DNA of 20,403 nucleotides from Cyanobacteria bacterium J06626_4 (GTDB lineage Bacteria; Cyanobacteriota; Cyanobacteriia; Phormidesmidales; Phormidesmidaceae): NCBI GenBank assembly GCA_038523235.1, contig JBCBJQ010000105.1, positions 1 to 20,403 of the forward strand, read 5' to 3'. Shown piece by piece: positions 1 to 7,783 of this stretch (position 1 is its first letter; each line of letters starts with the position of its first letter). The notes under the pieces were generated by a model. It saw only the letters and a program-made list of their open reading frames with translations, ran no database searches and was not told where the DNA came from. The position numbers and the translations under genes were made by a program.

Positions 1-431
1 AAAGCATTAAGGCTGAAGATATTAGTCAAGAACAAATCAGCCAAGAATCGGATCAGATAGAAGCAGAAGGAGACATACCCAAATTCACAGTAACTCCATT
101 GAATGCATTTAGTTTTCTGAAAATAGCCAATCACTTCTTTAAGGATTTTGAATTTGAGCCCCACAAGGTTGATGGCTTCACAGAAGAAATAGTTTCGCTA
201 AAGCCAGACGTAACACGTGGCAAATTCAATTTCTACATGCGAGAAAATATATCTAAGGTTAAGCGTTACAAGGATTATTTTGAGAAGGAATTTCCGGGCA
301 ATGTCTTAAATCCATATACTGTGATTAGGCACTGCCTATATTTGGGCGACAAAGGTATTTTCTCAACAATGCTAACCAATCAGGCTACCGAAGCATTTGA
401 AGCATGGTTGTCATCTCAGTCAAGAAGCTAG
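1..431 (+). CDS. Hypothetical protein, 3' part only (5' end lies outside the window)
   Basis: The frame of track ORF 99..431 is open back to position 3 (SIKAEDISQEQISQESDQIEAEGDIPKF...), so the TTG start at 99 is probably internal. AT-rich, no HIP1 site, no recognisable motif. Confidence 0.7.
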   Translation, partial: SIKAEDISQEQISQESDQIEAEGDIPKFTVTPLNAFSFLKIANHFFKDFEFEPHKVDGFTEEIVSLKPDVTRGKFNFYMRENISKVKRYKDYFEKEFPGNVLNPYTVIRHCLYLGDKGIFSTMLTNQATEAFEAWLSSQSRS

Positions 432-455
432 AGATCCATGATTCGGGTGACTACC

Positions 456-497
456 CAATAACACCGCCAGATTTTAACAAACCTGGCGGTGTTATTG
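456..497. terminator. Hairpin with a 15-bp perfect stem between convergent genes; probable terminator or REP-like element
   Basis: CAATAACACCGCCAG (456-470) and CTGGCGGTGTTATTG (483-497) with a 12-nt loop. No clear U-tract. Confidence 0.55.
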
Positions 498-600
498 AGT
501 TATTCGCTATGAGGTTGCGTGATACTCAGTGGCCTAACCGAAGGTGCAGACCCGATTTGCAGGCTAACCTTTATGGTCTTTCCGGCGACTGACACAGCTT

Positions 601-3600
601 TTACAACTCGGCCAAATCGTCGGTGAGCAGTTTGTGACCCATGGCATAGTTGGCAAACGCGGCGACCCCATCGACCACACTGAGGGCGATCGCGCCTTTA
701 GGCCCTGAAAGTCTCATCGGAGACAACAGGTTCGGCAGCCAGGAAACCACCTCATTGGCAATCTCTAAGCCGGGTTTTTCTTCCTTCGGAATCGTGGTCA
801 GATACTTGATCGCTAGCCCCGCATCCACAATTGAGAACGCAAAGGAAATCGCAATCGTGACTTCGTCGGTGCGCTTTAGTCTTTGTAGTTTTATTTCCTC
901 TGCCCAGGGTAGTTTTTTCCCCGATAGCTGGACTGTTAGGACGACTACGTCAAGCCAATACATGGCCGTTCGCCAGCCCCACATCACGCGCTCCCAGTAC
1001 TCTTGCTCATTTTTAGATTTGGAGACTTTGTGGGCCGCCACATTGTAGGGGCGCCCGCCGGGAAAACCCGGCGAGGAGGGGAAGCTGGCTAACCAGCTAA
1101 AGCCACCCAGCACCAGGCTGACGACCTCGAAGCCAAAACCAGCGGTTTTTTCGTAAGGATCATCGCTACTCTCGGGCAAGACATCGAGGTAAGCGGTGAT
1201 CACGCCGTTAATCGCATCGGCGAGGAGTCCCGTATTGCCCCAGTGACGAATCGAGTTGGCCCGCGCCGCGTTCGATCGCTGCACGCTGGCTCTAGGTTCA
1301 GCCGTCACTTGAGCGATCGCGTTCTCACCCACTGCGTTGCTTGTTCTCTGCAGGCTAGCCTGAGGGGCCGCGATCGCCTGAGCATCCGTTTGCAAGGCCA
1401 AAGCCAGCGGCGGCTCATTTTTGAATGGGGTTTCACCAAAAATTAGCTTGGAGACCACCGTCACGGGAATCGCCAACAGCAACCCCGTCAGATTCAGCAG
1501 CGTCAGCTTACCGCCCCCAATCAGCTTGAATAAGTCAGAGATAAAGGGGATCTTGATTTCGGCGTTGAGCAGATTTTTGAGCTGTTCAATCGCCTCAGCG
1601 ATCGCATCCAAAAAGCCTAGCGCCAAGTTTTCGACGGCTTCCAGCAGCTGAATGACCACATCTCTGAGGGTTTCCACCAGCACGACCACCGCCAACTGCG
1701 GTTTCAGCGGATTGGCAATCAGCGTGGCAATCGTTTCACCCAGCCCTTCAAAGCCTCGCAGGATGGCCCCGCCCCCGTCAGCAAAGGCTTCCGCAAAGTG
1801 GAACACGAAGTGCTCTGTCTTCGAGTCCCCGCTCGGCGGCTTCACGCCCCGGGGTGTGGGTTCTGCATCGTCTTGCTTCGAGCCTCCCATCAGCTTCGAG
1901 AAAAACCATTCGACCGCTTCGGGCAGCCCCGAGCCTCCCTCACGCACCTCTGAGGGCTCCCCTCCTAAGGTCGTCACGAGTTGATTCATCGCGTCTTCTA
2001 CCGTCTCTTGCAACTCGTCCATAAAGTTGGAGACGGGGCCTTTGACGGCTTCGACCTGCTGAGCGACATAATCAAACCCATCGTTGATCGACTGCACCAG
2101 ATACTTCTGAGTGTCGAGGATGTCGCCCCAGTTGAACAAAAACTGCAGGAACTCGATGAACTTTTTGATGCCGTTCACCACTTTTTCGACCACGGCTTCC
2201 ACAAACTCAGCCACCTTTTCAGCGGTATCAACCACAAAGTCAATGACTTCTTCAGCAGTTTTGATCACAAAGTGGACGACGCCTTTCACTGCGCCCACGA
2301 CGACTGATTTGGCTTTTTTGATCGCATTGCGAATCCGTCTGCCGATGCGGAGTCTTTTGGCCGCAAACACGCGTTGAGTGCCGCCAAAACCGATCGCACC
2401 GGGCAGTTGAGTCTCTTTACCGGCAGGGTCGGCAATGGGAGCGCTTTCACTGCTGGTGGCTTGGCTGAGCAGCCGCGTAAAGTCATCCTGACTGACTGAT
2501 TCTTCCAGGATGACGCCATCCTCCGGGTTGTTCGCGGCGACGGCAGCTGAGACCAGCCCTCGGCTTTTCAAGATGGCGGTTTGCGCTTGAACCTGTCGGC
2601 GATCGCCCTCGCTAGGAGCGGGCTTAAACGTCAGTTCCCACGGCTGGTTGATCGCCGCGCCCGACACGACCCGCTCTGACGACAGCACCCGGCTGCCGCC
2701 ACCTGGCTTAGCCGCTGGAGGCTTGTCGGCATAGGTGACCGTTGCGGTGACTCGCTTGATGGTATTTTGCACACTGGCGACTTCAGCTTGGCTGTGGGCC
2801 GTGCGATCGACAATCAAGTTGCCTTGGGCATCTTTGGCATTCCACAGAGCGCCGTCTTCTAGCTCCGCAATTTGCTGATGAGCCTCCTGATTGGGAAAAA
2901 TCACCACCTGTTCGTTGTCTGCCATTTCGCTGGTCTGGATCTTGAGTCCCGGCGTGTCGAGGCCATCTGCCTCGGAAGTGATCATGATGAAATTGAGCTC
3001 ATTGGGCGTGAGGGTGGCCGATCGCTCTTCATCGATCTCATAGGTGATGCCGTCCACTTCGATGGTGGTGAAATCGGTGGCCGTAACCTCTACCGCGCCC
3101 GCCCCTGGCTCAAACCGCAGAGTGGTGCGATAGGCCGAGAATTCTTCCATCTCGTTATCTACCAGGCGATAGTCTTGGCTCAGCTTGGTGGTGTAAGAAG
3201 CGAAAACGTCTTCAGCCGCAAGGGTTCTAAAGATTTTGATGGAAGACAGGGCATCGTCGCCGATCTGACTCTCCTTCAGGTCGGGTACGTTTTTGACGAT
3301 ATCCTCAATCTCTTCTTCGCGTTTGTCTTCTGTCACCCGGTAGTTGAAATGCTTGAACAAAGTCACCCCAGTATCGGGACCTAAGCGAATGGATGAAGTG
3401 CGATCGTTGAGACCGCCGAAGTCCTTAAAGCTTTTATGTTCACCCAAAGCAACCTTCGCACTATCGGACAAAATCCAGGTTTTGCCGTGATAGGCGCGGT
3501 GCTCATACAGGGCGACTTCCCCTTGTGCTAGTTCACCCACTTGACCTTCATTTTCGGCAAATTTGATCGCCCGCACAAAAACGGCACGCTGATCTTTTTG

Positions 3601-4827
3601 TCGAGTCCAGCGAAAGGTGTTACCTGCAACCAGTTCTAACCATTCGTCCGCGCCCTGGTTGATCAGCGAAAACTCACCGGGGAGACTATCTGAATCATCC
3701 ACAAATAGGCTAGCTGGGGCCTCCACTGCAGATAAGGTGAAAAGGGCATTGTCTTTGTCGGCACCCGGCAGTAGCTGCAGCCGAGCCTGCTGTAGATTGT
3801 AGTGAAATTTGAACAGCCCGTTTGACCACTGCTGGGGCGCGATTTGGAGATGAGTCTTACCCCGGTGTAAGAACTGGCCATTCGGCGCTTTAATAATCCA
3901 CTTGCCGATAAAGGGCTCCCCGACTGTTGACCAGATCCGCACCGAGTGGGGAAAGTCACCGAGCTTGGTGAACCGGATGTCGGGAATATCGGCGTAAAGC
4001 TTTTGCGCCACATCCTTATAATCGGTGCCTTTATAGAGCGTCGCGCCCGTGTCTGGCCCGAGCCGCAGTTCTTTAAAGTGTCCAGAAAAGGGAGCCAGAT
4101 CGACCACATCTTGCTTAAGCACAATAGCCGCCTCATCCGTCGCGACCAGCTCAATCTCACCCGCGCTCAAGGGCCGATTGATAGGCGGTATCAGGGATTG
4201 GACCTGGTCGGCAATCAGGGCCGTGTGATAAATGCGCAGGTCTTCGTAATGGGCGATCGGCGTGTGCCGAGTGTAATGACCCAGCTTCACATCGACAGCT
4301 CGCTTAATGTTGGCCACTCCGGTTTTGGAGGCCCCTTTTGCCACTAGGACACCATCTAGATACACCTCAATGGTGCGTCCCGCTCTTACCAGGGTGATGT
4401 GGTGCCATTTTTTATCGAACAAGTTGGGCAAGCGAGGCGTTTTGGCGAAGGCGTAGTTCTTACCTTTGCTGTTTTCATCGACTTCAAAGGTCAATCTTCT
4501 GCCTTTGTCCTCAAGTCGCAACGAAAACCAATTACCATGCCCACTTATCGAGCGAGTCCCGATAATGTCCAGATCGTTCTGGCCATCGGTGCCCATGATT
4601 TTGATGCCAAACGCCACGGTAAAGTCGCTAGTGCCGAACTGACCCACCTCAGGGCCAAACACCAGCCGCGACTCCCGAGAAGGCAATCTCATGGCAGGGC
4701 CAATTCGACCATGCCGATGCCAGACGATACTGCGATGCAAGCGACCTTCGACGCCAGCGATCGCATCGCGGGCGATCGTTCCTTTTCTTTCGTTGAATTG
4801 CCAATGATAGGTAGGCTGAATAGTCAT
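601..4827 (-). CDS. Large multidomain protein: N-terminal LamG-like jellyroll, beta/gamma-crystallin-like motifs, long amphipathic/hydrophobic C-terminal half
   Basis: 1408-aa ORF with AGGA upstream of the ATG. LamG motifs HWQFNE, DFTV, WHHITLVR..IEVYLDG, EDLRIYHTAL. Crystallin-like motifs VALYEHRAYHG, LNDRTSSIRLGPDTGVTLFKHFNY, GDDALSSIKI. Hydrophobic segments such as LTLLNLTGLLLAIPVTVVSKL and FGFEVVSLVLGGFSWLASF. No signal peptide seen. Confidence 0.85.
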   Translation of the reverse strand: MTIQPTYHWQFNERKGTIARDAIAGVEGRLHRSIVWHRHGRIGPAMRLPSRESRLVFGPEVGQFGTSDFTVAFGIKIMGTDGQNDLDIIGTRSISGHGNWFSLRLEDKGRRLTFEVDENSKGKNYAFAKTPRLPNLFDKKWHHITLVRAGRTIEVYLDGVLVAKGASKTGVANIKRAVDVKLGHYTRHTPIAHYEDLRIYHTALIADQVQSLIPPINRPLSAGEIELVATDEAAIVLKQDVVDLAPFSGHFKELRLGPDTGATLYKGTDYKDVAQKLYADIPDIRFTKLGDFPHSVRIWSTVGEPFIGKWIIKAPNGQFLHRGKTHLQIAPQQWSNGLFKFHYNLQQARLQLLPGADKDNALFTLSAVEAPASLFVDDSDSLPGEFSLINQGADEWLELVAGNTFRWTRQKDQRAVFVRAIKFAENEGQVGELAQGEVALYEHRAYHGKTWILSDSAKVALGEHKSFKDFGGLNDRTSSIRLGPDTGVTLFKHFNYRVTEDKREEEIEDIVKNVPDLKESQIGDDALSSIKIFRTLAAEDVFASYTTKLSQDYRLVDNEMEEFSAYRTTLRFEPGAGAVEVTATDFTTIEVDGITYEIDEERSATLTPNELNFIMITSEADGLDTPGLKIQTSEMADNEQVVIFPNQEAHQQIAELEDGALWNAKDAQGNLIVDRTAHSQAEVASVQNTIKRVTATVTYADKPPAAKPGGGSRVLSSERVVSGAAINQPWELTFKPAPSEGDRRQVQAQTAILKSRGLVSAAVAANNPEDGVILEESVSQDDFTRLLSQATSSESAPIADPAGKETQLPGAIGFGGTQRVFAAKRLRIGRRIRNAIKKAKSVVVGAVKGVVHFVIKTAEEVIDFVVDTAEKVAEFVEAVVEKVVNGIKKFIEFLQFLFNWGDILDTQKYLVQSINDGFDYVAQQVEAVKGPVSNFMDELQETVEDAMNQLVTTLGGEPSEVREGGSGLPEAVEWFFSKLMGGSKQDDAEPTPRGVKPPSGDSKTEHFVFHFAEAFADGGGAILRGFEGLGETIATLIANPLKPQLAVVVLVETLRDVVIQLLEAVENLALGFLDAIAEAIEQLKNLLNAEIKIPFISDLFKLIGGGKLTLLNLTGLLLAIPVTVVSKLIFGETPFKNEPPLALALQTDAQAIAAPQASLQRTSNAVGENAIAQVTAEPRASVQRSNAARANSIRHWGNTGLLADAINGVITAYLDVLPESSDDPYEKTAGFGFEVVSLVLGGFSWLASFPSSPGFPGGRPYNVAAHKVSKSKNEQEYWERVMWGWRTAMYWLDVVVLTVQLSGKKLPWAEEIKLQRLKRTDEVTIAISFAFSIVDAGLAIKYLTTIPKEEKPGLEIANEVVSWLPNLLSPMRLSGPKGAIALSVVDGVAAFANYAMGHKLLTDDLAEL

Positions 4828-5742
4828 GGGCTTTTTCCTAATGTGAGTAGTTTATGTCTGAGTCTAATTGCGCCTGAATTCAGTTTTCACAAGAATTGAA
4901 ATTGCAAATTAGACGTAATTCAAACTGATTAGCGTTCTCTTGGGTGGTTTTTAGCCAATTCAAGAGTCGCGTATAGAGTTGCTTCCATTATTGAGTTGAA
5001 AATTCCGGAGAAAATCCCATAATTTTATGAGCATTTTTTTGATTTTGATAAATTGAATAAATCCGAAAAAATTGCACAGCAATAAACATCCAAATAAAGT
5101 TTCAGGATGTTTTTCAAGAGCGCTTCAGGTGAGAAAAAGCGCTCAGAAATAGATGGTTAACTGTCGTTTTATGAGCAACGCATCAGTGCCATAAAATCGC
5201 TCAAATTGAACCTATAAATAACTTTTTTGATTGCCAGCGATCGATACAAATAGCGTTCAACTTTGGGTGAGTTTTTCAGCACCTGCCGGATAGTCTTGGC
5301 CGATTGTGATGACTCGGTCTGCCATCACAGCGCCCGCATCTCTACCACAATCTTGGCAACGCCTAACGTAAACCTCCTCGAAACAATCAGTATTTATCTG
5401 TCTGATATCAATACAAGTGAGGTGCCAGTTTGGATTTAAAGAAAAGCAAATTCCCTGCAAAACCTTGGCCTGTGAAGATTGCGGCGATGGCGAGGCCAGT
5501 GGGCTGCGGGGGGCGATCGACTGGTTCAACTGTGCCGATCGCCTCGGTCATCCAGGAGCGAGATTGATCTAGCGCAAGGCGCAATTAGGTCTGGACAGTT
5601 CAGAACCCTGAAAGTCTTTTCCAGCCAGCCTTTTAATTCCGAATTCCGAACTCTGCACTCCGAATTCTGCTACAGAGGTTTTTGGCTAGAAGAAATCAGC
5701 GTTGCGAGCAGTCGCCGCTCTGGAGAGGGTTAATTCAGCTAA
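4828..5742. repeat. Copy A of a ~900-bp duplicated upstream module (copy B at 10760-11691)
   Basis: Colinear with 10760-11691. In the sample 4961-5040 I count 6 mismatches in 80 bp. Homology ends at the shared CAGCTAA. Confidence 0.95.
5572..5670. mobile_element. ~99-bp TA-flanked insertion (MITE-like) containing five heptamer repeats
   Basis: Present in copy A and absent at the equivalent site of copy B (about 11506). Flanked by TA at 5570-71 and 5671-72. Contains AATTCCG AATTCCG AACTCTG CACTCCG AATTCTG at 5635-5669, resembling cyanobacterial short tandem heptamer repeats. Confidence 0.6.
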
Positions 5743-6008
5743 GACACTAAATTCGATGTCGGTCCCCCTGGACAGGCCGCAAGGATCACCACCCCGACCG
5801 CTAGCTCTGGAGAGAGCGAAAATATTGCCGCTAGCAAAAAGCCCAGCACCGGCAGCAGCACCAACTGCGCCGCCAACCTCAGTAGTACCGGCTTAGGCTC
5901 CGTCACCACCCGACGAAAGTCTGCCAGTGTTAACCCTAGCCCCATATCCAGCATGATGATAAACAGCACTAGGGGCAGAAAAACAGTCGTGAGAAAGTTA
6001 GATTCCAT
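5739..6008 (-). pseudogene. Truncated bile acid:sodium symporter (BASS) family gene, N-terminal ~89 aa only
   Basis: MESNFLTTVFLPLVLFIIMLDMGLGLTLADFRRV...LAAQLVLLPVLGF...LSPELAVGVVILAACPGGPTSNL is a typical BASS N-terminus; full-length members are about 300 aa. It stops at the edge of duplicated module A. Confidence 0.85.
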
Positions 6009-6394
6009 GACTTCGGCAGATCGAGACAGCAGCGTCAAAAGCCATATTATTACTAAGCACTAAGTATATTTACTAGCATCACGATCCCCCAGTTTCAGAC
6101 CAATGTCCCTGCCCACGCGTTAACAACATTGGTCCTTGCAGCAGACTTCACCGGCTAACTTCGACCTAGCGCAGGCCACAAAGCAGATGGCGGATTGGGT
6201 GAATGTCGGAGGGAGTGTTGCAATCGCTGGACTAGCGCCTTGCCAGCCATTAGCGTTGTCCGTTTATGCGTCAAAACCCGTGGGAATACTTGAGCAAGCT
6301 TTGGTGTAGTTCATCGAAGTTACCGGTTTGCCGCCTATAACTCGGACCAAAGCCGCTGATGTACTCCACAGCCTAAAACGCTTCTAACCTCAAC

Positions 6395-7639
6395 ATGCTA
6401 AACCTTCTGACTCGTTCCCCTTTCACTCGCGGTAAAGCGCTGCTCGTCTGCGTTGGCTTAATCTCACTTATGAGCTGCTCTAAAGGCAACGTTGCGAGTC
6501 CAACCCCTGACAGCAACACCTCACAGACGGAAGCAACTACCGAAACCGTAGCGAACCCACAGGTTCAAGAAAGCGAGGCCCCTGCATCCACAGCGCCGTC
6601 TGCACAAAGCAACAGTTCAACCAGCACGCAGTCTGAGGAATCTGACAGTGATGTGTTCGTTAATCTGGTTGCTGGCAGGCAATATGCCGAGGCGCGAAAT
6701 CAGCTCATGCGACAAGGCTGGATCCCGGCAAACTTGCCAGCACCTGGGCCGTATGGTGTAGAGCGTATGGCCTACGAAGCTGGCTTTACCGAGGTTTCGG
6801 CCTGTGCTGGGACGGGGCTGGGGCAGTGTCGCTTTGAGTTCAGGCATGACAGCGCCAATAAAGTCCTTTCTGTGATTACAGTCGGAGGGTCAGCGCTGGA
6901 AGTATCTGACTGGTCCATTAGCACACCTGTTGACGGTGCTCCCACGGCACCTACCAGTACCCCAGCAGAGATTGCCGCTGTACCTGCGCCAGCCGTCATC
7001 CCTGCCGCCTTTCAAGGTGAATGGAACGCTGACCCAGCCAACTGCGCTGCCAACCCGCCCACCACCGGTCGGCTGGCTGTTCAGTTGAACAAGTTGGAGT
7101 TTTGGGAGACGACGAGCGCAGTGGAGGTGGTAGAGCGGCGGAGCGATCGCGAAATCGTGGTGACGGCTGAAGCTTATAGCGAAGGCGAAACCTTTATGCA
7201 GACGAAGACATTCCGCCTGTCTGAGGATGACTGGTCGATGACTGATGTCGAGACGGGGGTGGTTTGGCGACGCTGCGTGGGTCGGCTCACCGGCGTCCCC
7301 ACGGCTGCAGTCCCGGCTACCAGCAGCGCCCCAGCCGCTAATCAAACACTGGCTGAAATTCCCAGCGTATTTCGGGGCACATGGGACTCAGGTCTCGAAC
7401 AATGCGGCGCACCCTACAGCGACGGTAAATTGACGATCACAGCGGATCGGTATGCGTTCTGGGAAACGACCGGCACGGTTAGTGCGGTCAATATGACAGG
7501 CGAACGCGAAATCGCGGTGACGGCTGACGTGTCTAGCGAAGGGTCGTCCTATCAGGAGACAATCACGTTCGGGGTGTCTGAAGATGCCTCACTCTTGACG
7601 TATGGCGATGGCTTTGTGAAATATCGATGCCCTAGTTAA
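6395..7639 (+). CDS. Putative lipoprotein with a low-complexity linker, a Cys-containing domain and two tandem copies of a ~90-aa domain
   Basis: 414-aa ORF. Hydrophobic signal ending in lipobox-like LMSC. S/T/P/E-rich linker. YAEARNQLMRQGWIP...CAGTGLGQCRFEF domain. Repeats IPAAFQGEW..C...FWETT...EIVVTA..SEGE...F.LSED and IPSVFRGTW..C...FWETT...EIAVTA..SEGS...F.VSED. Confidence 0.85.
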   Translation: MLNLLTRSPFTRGKALLVCVGLISLMSCSKGNVASPTPDSNTSQTEATTETVANPQVQESEAPASTAPSAQSNSSTSTQSEESDSDVFVNLVAGRQYAEARNQLMRQGWIPANLPAPGPYGVERMAYEAGFTEVSACAGTGLGQCRFEFRHDSANKVLSVITVGGSALEVSDWSISTPVDGAPTAPTSTPAEIAAVPAPAVIPAAFQGEWNADPANCAANPPTTGRLAVQLNKLEFWETTSAVEVVERRSDREIVVTAEAYSEGETFMQTKTFRLSEDDWSMTDVETGVVWRRCVGRLTGVPTAAVPATSSAPAANQTLAEIPSVFRGTWDSGLEQCGAPYSDGKLTITADRYAFWETTGTVSAVNMTGEREIAVTADVSSEGSSYQETITFGVSEDASLLTYGDGFVKYRCPS

Positions 7640-7738
7640 TGAGGATTGGCTTTTCTCTGCCGCTATGCACGGGGTCGCGCAATAGGTGTCCTCTCGCAAG
7701 GAGAATCTCCTTCGGTTGATGCACACAGTCAAACCGCT

Positions 7739-7771
7739 GGCAGTCTCCCCGGCTTTGCCGGGGAGACTGCC
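7739..7771. terminator. GC-rich perfect 15-bp hairpin between convergent genes; likely terminator
   Basis: GGCAGTCTCCCCGGC-TTT-GCCGGGGAGACTGCC, 12 bp downstream of the stop codon of the 7784..10759 gene. Confidence 0.7.
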
Positions 7772-7783
7772 TATTCTTGATCA

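Noticed and set aside
404..592. 62-aa + strand ORF
   Set aside because: It overlaps the end of the upstream gene and runs through the 456-497 hairpin, with no recognisable protein features.
650..4899. Numerous + strand and alternate-frame ORFs overlapping the LamG gene
   Set aside because: Shadow ORFs of a long, motif-supported CDS.
6215..6335. c-di-GMP-I (GEMM) riboswitch on the minus strand (GGCAAACC...GACGCA)
   Set aside because: Only short words match. The spacing is too long and the GNRA loop and second-stem consensus are not convincing; a cmscan hit would be needed.
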